The notes beneath the pieces were generated by a model, which saw only the letters and a list, made by a program, of their open reading frames with translations, was not told where the DNA came from and ran no database searches. A DNA stretch of 59,707 nt, counting the filler, from Sphacelaria rigidula (lineage: Eukaryota), in NCBI GenBank assembly GCA_964200075.2. It is 8 parts of 8 records of this genome, joined end to end, with 100 filler letters (N's around TTAATTAATTAA, not from the genome) between each part and the next. Parts side by side here need not be neighbours in the genome. Positions count along the whole stretch, not along the records: positions 22,432 to 29,807 come from CAXNAA020015194.1; positions 29,908 to 37,283 come from CAXNAA020015195.1; positions 37,384 to 44,758 come from CAXNAA020015196.1; 5 more parts are not named here. One strand, 5' to 3'. The position numbers and the translations under genes are program-made. This document shows positions 25,091 to 38,830 of the stretch, piece by piece. Numbering within the stretch: the first letter of the stretch is position 1; the number at the start of each line of letters is the position of its first letter.

Positions 25091-27660
25091 GTACGTGAGA
25101 GGGAGTGTGGGGCTTGTGTTGTGGGCCAAGTGTGGACAGTTATTTTCTTGTTCACTTGTTTCCCTAATGTGTAGGGCTGTTCGCTGGGTCTGAATACTCA
25201 TCTGGTGAAGCGAGAAATGTGTTACTACTGTTTAATTTGCCATTAGCCCAAGATTAGCCTGAGGCTGCGGTTGAATCAGCAGTCCCCGTGCAGCCAGGGG
25301 TGTACGCAGCCGGTAGCATCCATCGTGGCCTAGGGTTGATGATAGTAATTACTAGATCTAGCAAGTGATGAAGCCGGCATGACTCGAGGCTATCGATGCA
25401 GCGGTGGCCGCTCTATCCCATGCAGGAGGTGCTCGAAATATATCCGAATGAAACGGCTACGAAATCAAGCCCCGCAAAACGCGGAATGCTTCGTTGTTGG
25501 TGAAGAACTTTCCTCGCACCTACATGGACACCTGCTCTGTGATTCCAGCTGTGGGTTTGCTCTTGTGTGTGGTGTGATTCTATTCGAGGAATATATTATA
25601 GGTGTTGCGCTGCTGACTGAAATGCCTCACCACCTATTAACATTCTGCTGGGAGTACGTTGTGAAGCATAAAATCACGGGACAAGCAGTGTTGCTGTTCT
25701 ATGGCGGATTGCATTCGCTGTACCGCACAACAGCAGTAGCAGACTCTATACGGCAGTGATATCCCCCAGATGAACCTAATGTAAATATTCTTATAATACT
25801 CGTGTACAGTTCGAACTGCAAAGCAGTGTCACACATACTGTTTGTACAATGTCAACACGTAAGCATCCATCGGTGACGTTCATTGGCCGGTCACGCAGTG
25901 TAGCGCGCCGGCACGCAGTGTAGCGCGCCTGCACGCTGTGTAGCGCGCCAGCATACCTTCGTCACCAGTGTAGTCAGTTGTCACCATCTCTTGAACGGCA
26001 ACGTTGCCGCAGTTGCTTGAACAACAGTGCGATAGCTGGTCGACAGTAGAGTTCCCCACAAGCAATTTCAACCTCAGTTAGTTGAAAGTCGAAATACCGC
26101 CAGTGCTGACTGCACCAAAGCACGTGACAGGTACTGTTGGGCACTCCTGTAATACCTAAGGCGGATGAACAAAACGGATAACACGTGCCGTGCCGAGGCA
26201 GCAGTGATACAGTACCCTGTTTCCTACTCTTCCGAGAACGATATATGAGGAAGAAGCAGGCAGGTAACGCAGTTTTTTTGTTCGTTCTCTTGAAGGCTGC
26301 ATTACGATCGACATTTTGTTTGCACTCGAGACACTTCAAGGTGGCTGTTCGTGTGTAAACAACAAAACAGCCGTTTGCGACGCAAGTCCCGCGGATCCTT
26401 GTCAGTTGGACACGGAGATTCAACCTTGATTTTATGCGCACCCTCTATTTTTTGATCGTGCACCATTTACAAAAGCGTACTTAACAACAAATTGCTTTTT
26501 CCTCGTGTGCTTCAGGACATGCTCCCGAAGCTACCGAGAGAACAACACTCCTCGCATAGAAGCATTCAAGATTACTGATATTCTTGACGGCCCAAATGGG
26601 GGTTGCCACAGTCTAAAATGCACGACAGTGCCTGCTAGCTATTCCAACGCGGTGGATGTATTATATATTAATAGCACAGTACAGCAAGTGTATATATTTT
26701 TTCATCCGTACAGTCACTACGATATCTGTCCTGTGAGAAGAGTCAAGATTCCTATCTCGGAATTGCGAATCCATACACAAACTGAGTTAATTTTATCGTA
26801 CTGGGTAGTTTCATCATTCGACCCAGCCCGAGGGCAGTTTCATAGTTCGACCTTACCTCTGCGGCTACGCTTGTAACTATACCACAGAAGTTGGTACAGT
26901 CGTAAAGTTGGTAACACAGTTCCTCCTAAACTGCAGCGCAACATCGAAAAAACGCAACACAACTCCTAGCTGCGCTACCCCAAACAGCTCAGATCCTGTC
27001 AGATTGCCCATTACGCTTGAGTGCTGTATTTAGTGCCGGTGTTCGAGGAGCCAGCATGAAGTAGGAAATCTGTATGTCATCACAACGGTATAATAGTGCG
27101 TGTTGTGCCTAACCAGATTATCAACTTGAAATGATGAAATTACTAGGAAAATTACCTTCATCTTCAAGTATTGTTTATAAACTGTTTCAGTTTTGTTCGG
27201 TCCCGGGTATATTTACCATGTGACCACGGCTGGATCTCCGAGGGGTCAGTCTAATGCGACACTCACTCTCTCACTCAATCAGCAATCAGGCAGCTACCGT
27301 CCTGAAGTACTACTCTGACGCTGCTAGAGTCGACCCGCTATGAATGATGAAAAATATGTGTGATGCATCGGAAAAGGCATACATACAGGGTTGACCGCTT
27401 GGTCGGTTCTGCGCGTGCCGATCTGCACGTATTATCGGTGTCAAGTCTTGAATCAAGTTATGATCCTGTCGATCATTTTTTCAACCAATGCGTGAGCTCT
27501 ACTGGTCGGGTAGGCCTTTACCAGCCTTGACCGGTGCTCGTACGGTCGCTTTAAATCCACGATATATATTCGCTTCTCTCTGTTGTCCTTTTCGAGGGGG
27601 AGGACAGGGGTGGCATTGGCATTTCGGAGAAAACTGCTGAGGCCGCTTCTCATTGTCGGG

Positions 27661-28040
27661 GAACAGGCTCTCTGACAACTGCTCTTTTGGAGCCTTTCAC
27701 TACAGATTTTTGGCGGAATACGAGCCTTGGCGGATTGGGCTTCCTATGACGGGTTTTCGATGCTTTCCAAGAGGATTCTAGCGCACTTTTCCAATCTTTC
27801 GCGCGCCCCTTTTCACTATTGGCCGGATTCCCGATTTTTCCAGTCGCCCCAAAGATCACAATTCAATTTGGGTATCCGGCCGAAGGTACAACTGGGCGCA
27901 CGAAAGATCGGAAAAAAGCGCGAGAATCCTCTCGGGAAGCATTGCTAATCTTCCAAAGGAGGCGCAATCCGCCAAGACTCATTCTGCCAAAATCCGCGAT
28001 GGAAGGCTCACAAAGGGTACTTCTCAGAGAGTCCGTTTTC
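27661..28040. mobile_element. Diverged foldback MITE
   Basis: GATTTTTGGCGGAATACGAGCCTTGGCGGATTG vs CAATCCGCCAAGACTCATTCTGCCAAAATC; arms extend to both ends. Confidence 0.7.
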
Positions 28041-28338
28041 TGAATGTAAGACGTGATGCGACCATTTTCGGCACCCGCGCGGCTGTCTGTTCCGAGAATC
28101 CAATGTCGATAATCCCACCGGTTCTGCGGGGGATGGGCACTAGGCGCAGACCGCCGTCAGTTGGCACGGTGGCCGCCAAAATGAAGCAGGCCGTGTGTTA
28201 TCGAGCGAAACGATTGGAGTAAAAACATGTATCTGAATATGGTTGAGACTGACTGATCAGCACCTCATCATCAGCGAGAATCATCCGCCATCCGTGAAAT
28301 TTGTCTCATGAGGGCGTGTCTTGGCGCATTACTTTTAA

Positions 28339-28521
28339 CCCTTGGACGGCGAGAGTGGGTCATCTGTTCAATTGACATCGATCCAGATGGACTACCCTCG
28401 CGGTCCAAGGGTTAACCCTTAGAACCCTTAGACCGCGAGGTTAGTCTTCTGTTGAATCGGCATCAATTTCAAGTGAAAAAAGTATGCATCATCTAGCAAG
28501 ACTAATCTCGCGGTCTAAGGG
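28339..28521. mobile_element. Two abutting piggyBac-like mini-MITEs (28339-28411; 28416-28521)
   Basis: TTAA-CCCTTGGAC...GTCCAAGGG-TTAA-CCCTTAG...CCCTTAGACCGCGAG...CTCGCGGTCTAAGGG-TCAA. Confidence 0.7.
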
Positions 28522-29499
28522 TCAAGTGCGATGGGAATGAAAGACTCCGATCTGATAGGTCGTCATTTCAACATCGATGACTTGAGCACAAACTAATCCC
28601 TATCGGATTGGATATTTTTTTTCCGCCGCACCTTTTCGATCGAAAAATAATTTTCCAATCCACCATTTCAACGTACACGGCACGCACCCTCACCGCGTTG
28701 TGCCACTTGAGACTGGCTTTGAAACCAGCCTGTGGTACCGACCAACATACCCTCCAAGTTTGGCATCATCACACACAAGGTGCGCCTCCCTTGATGCGCA
28801 ACTTTCCACAAAAACCGCCGTCATCTCACTGGAAAAAAAAATATTGGTACACAGAAGTTGCTAGGTCGGCTGCCTGCAAGCGCGCTACGCGCGCCATGTG
28901 TCGGTTCTCGTGTGCCCGTTAGTCGGCGCAGTCGAGTGGGCATGAGCTGCCACATGCATTGAGGTCGTATCACCACTTGGTCGATGAAGAATTCTATCGG
29001 AAATTCACCATATTGAGCTAATGCCAACTCTAACAGTAACCCTTATACGACGAGCGTCGTCTCGGAACAGTTTCAGAGGCTGGCAGTCCGGGGAATTCCC
29101 ATGGTTTTCAGGAGGCGGGGGGCGGATTTGACAGGGGGTGGGGGCCTGTTCGCAGAACAGCCGGAAGCTCACCAAGTCAACCATGTGTGTTTGGAAGTTT
29201 CCCACGGAAATTTTCAAGCCAGGAACGAGGCCCGAAAGGAACGGAGTGACCACTCTGACGAATCATGACTATCAAAATACTCGCTTTGTTCCCCTACAGG
29301 TGGACTACTTTGCTGTCAAACCGTATTTCATATTTTGGTCAGGACAGTTCAACCATATATGACATTGGCACAAATAGTGTGTTTAGTCGTCTGCTCGTGG
29401 TCTGTGCCGCTGCCTCATTCCTCATGTGTTGCCAGCATAGCTTCACATTCTCTGTAGTTTTGTTGTGGAACACTTGGCAGAGGCATCAGCAGCATACAG

Positions 29500-29735
29500 T
29501 GTGTTATCGTCCCATATATTCTGGACGCCGGGCTGCACATTTCGGTATATGTGAGCGCACCACCCGGGGTCACACAGGAGGAAGGTCAACACAGGATTTT
29601 TTGTTTTTTTGTTCACGTTGTGGTACACCACCTTCCTTCTGCGGTGCTTGCCTTTTCTTTTTATCGCAAGAGAGGTTTAGCAGCCCCTTTCCCTCGTCGA
29701 CCGCGAAGTCCAATTTTGTCTACCCACGACATACA
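29500..29735 (+). repeat. Dispersed ~230-bp repeat (SINE-like, unclassified)
   Basis: TTTCGGTATATGTG(A/G)GCGCA...GGAAGGTCAACACAGGATT...CCTTCCTTCTG. Copies at ~53372-53585 (+), 31135-31215 (-, partial), 22890-22960 (+, partial). Confidence 0.8.
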
Positions 29736-29807
29736 GGCTAGGCCGCCCAAGAAGCTCACTTTCCTTCAGCCCGTTCTAACTCGAGATGTATCGCGAGTTG
29801 TGTCCAC

Positions 29808-29907
29808 NNNNNNNNNNNNNNNNNNNNNNNNNNNNNNNNNNNNNNNNNNNNTTAATTAATTAANNNNNNNNNNNNNNNNNNNNNNNNNNNNNNNNNNNNN
29901 NNNNNNN
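29808..29907. other. Artificial contig linker
   Basis: N44-TTAATTAATTAA-N44. Confidence 0.99.
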
Positions 29908-32900
29908 GGCGTGTTGGGAAAGAGAGCAGATCTCGGGGGGCACCGTATCATTAAGAAAAACCCCAAAAATTAGGATCTGCTGTTTGTTGCATCACCCCTG
30001 ACACGAAACACGAGGTATTCTATAATTATTTATAGATTGCCCTGTGTCCAGGGCGCTTCCAATTTTAATTTATTTTGGTGTTTGGGACGTTGCCGTCCCG
30101 GATTTCGGCGGTGAACCCGGAGTGGTCTCGGCTGGGCCCTCTACTCTGAAATGAAGGTATGCCCATGACTTATTTTTGTATCAACAAGTGGTATTTATAT
30201 CTCCTTACGGTAGGTAGTGGAGGGACTGGTGGACTCGTTTCAGTACCAAAACACCCAGGTATCATCATGCAGATGCTTTGTTTTGTGTCTCGTTCGAATC
30301 ACGTGTTGCATGCTAGTAATAACAACTACCTGTACTGCAGTATGGTTGCGTCCTTGCAATACTTGACAAAAACTACGCTCTCCGCGCCTCGAACACAGTT
30401 CATGATAACCAGACCATGTCGGTAGCGTTTATTTCATGCATATCCGTTTTTGAACTGGTACGGTATACTAGTTGGTACAGCATGGAGCATGCGGTCGTAC
30501 TAGATCAAAAAACTGGTGCACCACAGCTCCGAGTGCAACATTGATAGACTCGCTGGCATATCTTCTGCGTGCTTTCGAATAAATCGTCGTGAAACATGAG
30601 GAGTAATACCGTGACGGGCTGCCACAGGGGAGTGAAACGATGTAGTGCAGAAGCGCGCTGGCACGGTGTCGGTAAGACGGAAGCGCTAGCGCGCGTGCTG
30701 CTCGAAAATAACGCGCTCCGCCAGTGTAATTTAATTCAGTGCGTTTCATCTAACTCAATGCAGAGGTTACCCTTCGGGTGTGGAGCCGATACTCTGTACC
30801 AACCACGGCGTGGCGCCTGCGGTGGTACTACCTGCTCACTGCACAGCGGCAGGGTACAGGGTGACAAAGCACACCACCGCAGAACGTCGCATCCTCAGCC
30901 TATCCCTGTCCTGCATTGATCTCGCGTTGTTCTATGCAGTTCGCCACATCATGAGTGCAGCGTTGCGATGTAAACCTCCTGGCCACGCGCTATATTGCGA
31001 CATTGCTACGTCACATTTTGTCAAGCTGTCCGTGTTGCAGGTACAGCGTGCGTTTGCCCCAGGAGGCGCATGCAGGAGTGAAACGCCGCCTCCGCCGCTG
31101 TAATGGCTGCCTGTATCTTGGGCGAAGCCGTATGGTGACACAGTCGCGGCTGGTGCGCCCACATATACCGAAAGGTGGAGACCCGCGTCCAGAATATATG
31201 GGACGACAACACACACAGCACACTCGACGTTGCGTAGAGCACTTTCAACATCGTGTTCGTTCTGTCTAGATTTTTTTTGTCCAGGGTTGGGTACATTTCC
31301 ATATATAATGCAGGGTCTAGTACATCCCGACTTATAATGAAGCGGAGGGTCTGATACGTTTCCACCTGCACATGTATGTGATGCTACTCGGTGATATCGA
31401 GAAAAACCCGCTGAGCGAGTTGCAGGTGAGGCAAACGCCGAAATATTCAGCTGCAAGCTCTGCTCCAGTGCACTGTAAGCTGATATCGCTAGAATGACAC
31501 CACCATAACCACCTTGCCGGCTGCCAGACTGTCACAGACCGTCAGGATGCGTGGGATCCGCTAGCATTGCCACCGTCTGTACGGGGGTGTTGCCCCCTTG
31601 TCAGGTACGTTTTGGAGCATGATACTGGATGTAAATCATCCGTGTGCATGGGCGCCAAACGCCGAGGGTTATTACTCAAGGCTTCGATTGATGATAACAC
31701 TAGTTGGGCAGCGGCAACTGCTGTTTGTCCAGGTCCCCCTTGCAGCAGGATGCGTTTGGTGTCGGTTTGACGAAGTGATCCCCAAAAACACAAAATCGAT
31801 AGGGGCTTTAGAATGATAAAATCTAGCAAAAAAACTATAGCAAGAATCCTGGCGCAAAAATGGGGTCGCAAAAAGACACTTGGTCGAATTTTACCCGCAG
31901 CAGAAACCAACTTCGCTTTGTAAAAATCGGAATGTCACCCTCTACTGCGCGGTGGCCATCTCATTTGGTCTCTCGTTCCAGGTTTTGTCCATCTGACTCG
32001 TGATATGCTTGACGGGTAGCGCATTTACCGCTGTCTTGAGATCGGGACATACGCGGTACCACGAACAGCCACTAATTTACACACAGCCCCTGCATGCATC
32101 AACTTCGCGTAGGGACAGAGACACGGGGCCTTACCCCTCTCAGTACAAGTCTTCGGTGGGGCCCCATATCAGGAGCAGGCGTCACACCCCACGAGTAGGA
32201 GAAGCGAGAGTCGCTTTCATGTTCATTAAGAACCCAGCCAGAAGGGGTGAAAAAGACCGTAAGTTACACAGGTAGCCAGGATTGACCGCCGCACTCGTGA
32301 CAGCGAGGCACAACACTATCCGTGCCTGACCCGGGTTGCACACTTCGAAATCCCACAGCGTGTCGGCGAGTCCATACGATGATATTATCCAAAACAGTTA
32401 CACTTACAGCAGCAGATAAGGGGAGCTGACCTAAACTACCCATAACCCATTTCTCCCCGATATGCCCTTGTGATGCGCTAGCGCTTTCGTGACGACACCG
32501 CGTTCCCTCCCCCCGGCGATGGAAGCAAAACAAGTATTACTCAGGCCTTCTAGGTAGCGATGTTTACTGGGCTTCGAAATCGGCCTGCCATGGTCTCAAA
32601 TATCGTGACATATTGATGTATCACGAAACACTGAATACCATCCCCCTAATTCCTATCCAATAAGTACCTCAACTGGCCCGGAAGGACGTGCGATTGTGTG
32701 ATTTATTAATATGAGAGGTGACAACTAATGCGCATCCTTACCTCTGAGAGGAAAAAAAACAAGCATCCTGTCCAACTTCGCTTCACGCACGACGTTCATT
32801 GTGAGACCAACTAACGAATGCACGAGGTTTTTCGCTCATCAGTGACACGTAGCCTCTCGTCAAAAGTAACAAAAACATTCCCGACACAAAGTCGGCCTCT

Positions 32901-33085
32901 CCTGCTTTCGCCATCCCCTGCACCGATCAGCCCCACCGCCGTACCAAGAGTGGAATGCACATACGTTTCGTCAACACTACAGTAGCATTGCACACCCTGT
33001 CCTTCGTGCGGGGGCGACGTCCACAGCCACCTCCTAGCTTTACTCGCCAACGAAGCAGTTTTTTCTCGTGTTGGTGAGCGACATG

Positions 33086-33208
33086 TTACTCGTCAGTGAC
33101 ACATCCTTCTGAGGCGGACGCCACGTTCTTGATGTACTTGAACAATGTCCCCTTCGTGGCAGCAGGAGGCGGCGGTACCCAATCTTGTCGCCGTTTTTCG
33201 AGCTCCAT
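33086..33208 (-). CDS. ilvD: Dihydroxy-acid dehydratase, terminal coding exon
   Basis: CAG acceptor, phase 0. [40 protein letters not shown] is a typical IlvD/Ilv3 C-terminus. Confidence 0.92.
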   Translation of the reverse strand: MELEKRRQDWVPPPPAATKGTLFKYIKNVASASEGCVTDE

Positions 33209-34747
33209 CTGCCATTACCCCCATCAGGCGGGAATACCCGTTGTAAGCACCAACAACGCAACACATCAACCGAAGGCAACGCGAGAGAATCAAAATGTTG
33301 GTGCGGTAAATAGAGTATCATATCCCGCTATTAGATCCCAATTCCGTGATGCGCATATGTGGAAATGTGCCAAGTGCGGAAGATACAAATGATACCGTCC
33401 GAGCTACATCGCACATCATTCGTCTTGTGGGAAAAAACGACATCAAAACATCAAAACGACATCAAAACGACATCAAAACGCTAGAAACACAGAGCATCAG
33501 AGCATCTTCCTCGTGCGACTCTTGAGAACACCTCGCTATGTGTGCGCCCGTTATGCAGTACATATCCAACGCGCACCGATGCTTTCATTGATACGCCTAA
33601 ACTCAACCAGGGAGGGAAATAAAAAATTCGATTTCCGCCAGAGAATTTTCGTATGTGGCAGTGTCTGATTTTCATCGTCGAAAAGATGAGGAGATGATAA
33701 GCCACGAAACTTCGTTTGCCGAGAGTCCACGCGTCGCAGTAGGGCTGATGGTCATGATCCAATCTTCAATTTCAAAACGAAAGGCGTGTACCGGGGGTGA
33801 GATGGCTTCACCCCGTGGGACTACAATACTACAGGCTGCCTGGTTCCGAGGAACGGGAAGGTAAGAGTTGAACGTAAACGTGAGGTACAAATATGCGGGC
33901 ATACTGTGTATATAGTACATACTCCGTACCAACGCAATCAATTCAATACTGGTGAAGTACATGCGTCTGCAGAACTCCAATAATAACAATATCAAATAGC
34001 AGCAGGAGAAGACCAAAAAAAGGCAAGGCAAAAATATTTTCTAGACTTCTCTACAGCCTCGCGCTAGACCCACCCAGTACCCAACAAGCTCTCTCCGGTA
34101 TACAGTGGCTCTGTCTCATCTCGGGTACCGCTCTCATGTGACCACGGGTGACTCCTTGGGAAATGAGTCAATCTGATTGATTTGATGATTGACTGGCTGT
34201 CACACTTTCACTGACCCCCCCCAGGGATGTCGCATCATAGATGTACCCGGGACAAAACAAATCTGCAAGAGTCAATCAATCAATCAAGTGAGCACCCGCT
34301 GCCCGGTGGTGTAACGGTACCGCTACATGCGTCCACAGTAGTTTGTTTGTCTTTGTTTCATCAAGCATCTAATTCCCATATTTGAAAACGATAGACAACG
34401 GACAACGAAATGCGGGGGTGCTGATCCAATCGGCAAAGTCAACGTGTAAGGTGTGTACCGGGGGCGATGGATTGATCCCCAATGTAGAGATGGCGGCTGA
34501 CGGACTCATTCCGAAGAATGAGACAAGTTGGACGTGGGACTACCAATGACAAGTGGGTACCAACAAGGTGCCCAAGTCACTCGTCGCAAGTCCTCCCGCG
34601 GTACAAATATCAAGTGATTGCATTACCCCAGTGTAGTGCGGTCCGTCATACCGCGCTGGCGACCGCTCGCACTTTTCTGGGACCCCCACTGTACTGTATA
34701 TTCTTGTCTCATGTATACTTGGAGTTTCAAACACGACGTGCTCTCAC

Positions 34748-34868
34748 CTCCTTGAGTAAAACGGAAATGGTGCGCTTTTCCGCGTCGATAACGATGGGAT
34801 CATTGTCCCTCAGCAGCGCGATCGTGCCGCCCTCCTGCGCCTCCGGAGTGATGTGGCCGATGATGAAC
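34748..34868 (-). CDS. ilvD: Dihydroxy-acid dehydratase, penultimate exon
   Basis: AG/GTGAG sites. [40 protein letters not shown] carries the GH..PEA..GG.IAL motif and is in frame with 33208. Confidence 0.92.
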
Positions 34869-35766
34869 CTTCAACCGTATCATCCCGGACAGAACAAAAC
34901 AAGCGCGTGGATTTGGAACACAATACCACGACATAGACGGGTGTTATCGCTGGGAATGCCCATCGAGGACTCACCTAGATCTCCAACGAAACAAATCTAC
35001 CTACATCCAGTGATTCAAGTATAGTAGACGGTACAAGAAGCGGGGTCGGATCTGGGTCCCATCACCCCTGAAATATGATCAAAACAAACTCTTGACGCCA
35101 ACCGTTCAACTGACCGCCCCGGGGTATGCTCCGGGTCCCATCACCCCTGAAAAATGTCAAAAAAAAAAATCCTCAACGTTGACCGTTTGACCAACCACCG
35201 AGGGGCGTTCATGTGTCGAATCGACAACATTTCCACTCGACAAAATGAATGCTAGAACTAGAACTTGGTGTCCAAGCAGCGAGGGCGCTCGACGAAGAGA
35301 GCGGACAACAAGGATCCGCAAAAGCGGTGGGGCATCATTAAGCAGACACCAACTGACGAAGAGATGTTTTGTCGGCTTGAGCACACACTATACTCATGTA
35401 TAGAAAATAATGCAAAAGTCTCATCACTGCTAACCCACCAAAAGCCACCCCTGCGAAACTCTCCTTGTCACGAGAAACGGACGAAGGGGGTCACGGTAGG
35501 GCGTGTGTGTGAGAGAGAGATGAGAACGCCAATGTTTCGTTTCGAAAATATCGAAGCATTTTACTGAGGATATTATTAGTTATCCACGGCGTCGATGGAA
35601 GGCGGTCATGCTTCGAGGTCTAAAATATCCTGAGGACAGAGGGGCAGACGTCTTTGGACGAGAGGTCTCGAAATCACCACGGATAGCTGGCGCTTCAGAC
35701 CACGACCCAAGAATATCTCAGCCAGATAGGAAAGTAGTTACGTCGCTGACGAGATGGGGAGCATTT

Positions 35767-35907
35767 CACGGTTAGGACAAATGATGATTCGTCAGGAAAT
35801 TACTTGGTTTTAGTATAATAAGTTGACTCGTGATGNNNNNNNNNNAATCAGGCGGAAAAAATCGTGAATTTGGTGATTTTGAGTCGTGATGATTTCTCCT
35901 AACCGTG
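35767..35907. mobile_element. MITE with perfect 8-bp TSD (hAT- or P-superfamily-like)
   Basis: TIR CACGGTTAGGA/TCCTAACCGTG; GAGCATTT at 35759-35766 and 35908-35915; internal N gap. Confidence 0.85.
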
Positions 35908-37283
35908 GAGCATTTACTTCACAATATATATAGGACCACGGTTAGGCGCGGCAAGTCAGTGATTGGATGACCTGTGGTTCACCTGTACATGGTTTGTGTG
36001 TGTGCTGTGCACTGTCTGTACAACCTAGGCCGTATGATGGAGACAAGTGACGAGTAAGCGCGTACACAGGGGGTGCAGCGTCTTCGCTGCGGTACGTTGT
36101 GCCATGCCACGGCACATGACACCATGCTACTGCCATGTGTACCCACAATGCACTAGTGATGCCCCGTGCGTAATTGCTGGGCGGTGAATACAGCCCAACG
36201 CTCACATGTCTCCCCGGTGTGGCGCACGACTGCACTCTGACATTACTGTAGGGGGTACACTACTACTTATTGGCTGTGTTGGTCGTGTATTGATCGTGTC
36301 GGGAATCACCAAGACAGAAGTCTGTGTCGGGATTCCACGTCACCCTGGAAATTGGACTGAACACATATACTGAGTACAGTATGGAAAATGTGGTCGCGAT
36401 ACAAACGGTATGCGATGCTGACTGTATGTAGTATACCCGTCACGAGAGCTGGCTCTCCACGTTGCGGAAATTGCATAACAGAAGCAATGGAAATGAGACC
36501 AGGTCGGCAAAACACCGATAACGCGCCCATCAGGGAAAGGTCAAAATCGTTGCGTGGGAGAATGCATGGGCAGGATATCCGGTTGATTCTGGTAGAAGAA
36601 AACTACAGCAACCGCCTTTATCATTCTTACGCCGCCGTCATGAAGGCCACGCCAAGTCTAGCAGTGTAAGGGAGAACACCTTGCCCGCTGCCCGAGCAGG
36701 TTCGCAGAGCGCCTTGCGTGAACACACTCTTCTCTTTGGCTACGCTGCGCGGCCGCGTGTTGCTTGGCACGGCGCTCAAAACCCGACGCCCTCAGCCTCC
36801 AACATACGGAGAATCTTGAATGTGGGGTTTTTCTCGTCTTGGTGCCAGCCTCGGGCGACACGAGAGCGACAGGGCGGCGATGTAGACAACAAGGTTTGCA
36901 AGACCTACCCCTGGCTCCGCACAGATTTGATATCGTTACCCTCCACAATCATCATTAGAAACTGCTATACTTTTCGGAATCACTTCAGTACCGCGCAAAA
37001 TCATCGTTTCAAGCCACGCTGCGCTTAAGACGCCTTGGATCGCCGAAGCTGCTACGTCAACACCAACCTGCGGCTTCAAGCCACACGCACATCAAGTTTC
37101 AGCATCATCGAACCCCAGGTGTTGACAAGTGAGTAGTTGGTTTGTGAGACGGCATGCTATGGAGTTGCCCACGTGGTTCTTGCGTGGTGGTCGATTCGAA
37201 AAGAGCTAGTAACAATGCCCCAGGCGCTTGGAATATCCAACCCTCATGGAGGGTATTATTATTATTTTTGTCATTATTATTAT

Positions 37284-37383
37284 NNNNNNNNNNNNNNNNN
37301 NNNNNNNNNNNNNNNNNNNNNNNNNNNTTAATTAATTAANNNNNNNNNNNNNNNNNNNNNNNNNNNNNNNNNNNNNNNNNNNN
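37284..37383. other. Artificial contig linker
   Basis: N44-TTAATTAATTAA-N44. Confidence 0.99.
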
Positions 37384-37386
37384 ATT

Positions 37387-37890
37387 TACTCTACTCGACG
37401 TTTGAGTAGGTCGAGTACGGCCTCAAATACTCTACTCAAATATTGAGTAAGCACTCCGAGCAACACTTGAGTATAGGGTATCACTTGAGTATGGCCTCAA
37501 TATCTGTACTCAAATTTTGAGTTGGTCGAGTACGGCCTCAAATACTCGACTCAAAATTTTGAGTAGGTCGAGTATGGTGCCAAATACTCTACTCCAATTT
37601 TGAGTAAGCACCCTCGGGAATACTTGAGTATAGAGTATCACTTGGGCATGACCTCAATACTCTCCTCAAAGTTTTGAGTAGGTCGAGTACGGCCTCAAAT
37701 ACTCTGCTCACATTTTGAGTACATCGAGTACGGTCTCGACTCCTCCACCCAATTTTTGAGTAGGTTGAGAATGGTCTCCAATGCTATACTCAGATTTTGA
37801 ATAGATCGATTACGACCTCAAATGCTCTGTTCAAATATTGAGTTAGCACTCTCAGTAATACCGGGGTATAGAGTGCCCCTTGGGTATGGT
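37387..37890 (+). repeat. ~41-bp minisatellite array, block 1
   Basis: Unit TACTCTACTCAAATTTTGAGTAGGTCGAGTACGGCCTCAAA with internal hairpin TACTCAA-TTGAGTA. Confidence 0.9.
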
Positions 37891-38391
37891 GAGTACCCCT
37901 GACGGTCGGCGACTTCGTGACGTCACTTCACAGACCATGTTGAACGCAAAACAGCCAACAAGGAATATGATCGATTATGGCTGTAAAAAAGGGAAAAGAA
38001 GCGTGCAGGTGAACGAACCTACCTGCCCCAGCACCCCATCTCACCAGCCCCCACCCACGGCAGTTCATATTCGATACCTCGCAACGCCTTCGGTATCACT
38101 TTCAGTACAGAGCGCTACTCATCATCATCGAGTAATCGAGTAGACGAGTAGTCGAGTGGGTATTATCGAAATGAGCGACTCTACTGGCCACATATGTGGC
38201 TCCTCCATGGGAGAGTCAGAGGTGGAAACAGCACAAGACGGTTTGACAAGACAGTTTGACCTTGAATCAACACACATCATGGGTGGGCAACTCTAGGAAT
38301 ACCTCGGTATTTCCTCTACCCGAGTTTGGGTATCTTGCGTACAAACTTGAATATTGAAGTTGAAGTTATAGGTTTGCGGTACATCGGATCC

Positions 38392-38830
38392 GGCCTCAGA
38401 TACTCCACTCAAATTTTGAGTAGGTCGAGTACGGCCTCCAATACTCTACTCAGATTTTGAGTAGGCCGAGTACGGCCTCAAATACTTCACTCAATTTTTG
38501 AGTACGTTGAGTACGGCCTCCAATACTCTACTCAAATTTGGAGTAGGTCGAGTACGACCTCAAATACTCTACTCAAATATCGAGTAAGCACTCTCAATAA
38601 AACTTGAGTATAGAGTATCACTTGAGTTTGGCCTCAATACTGTACTCAATTTTTGAGTAAATCGAGTACGACCTCAAATACTCCACTCAAATATTGAGTA
38701 AACACTCTCAGGAATACTTGTATATATAGAGTATCACTTGAGTATGATCTCAATACTCTACTCAAATTTCGAGTACCAAAAGTATAATTTTTCAAAAATA
38801 CTGAGTATTGAGTACACTCTACTCGACCTA
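38392..38830 (+). repeat. ~41-bp minisatellite array, block 2
   Basis: Same unit and orientation as block 1. Confidence 0.9.

Noticed and set aside
34518-35024. 168-aa + strand ORF
   Set aside because: Antisense shadow of the ilvD exon.
37387-38830. CRISPR-like appearance of palindromic repeats
   Set aside because: Units are contiguous without unique spacers, no cas genes are present, and the context is eukaryotic.
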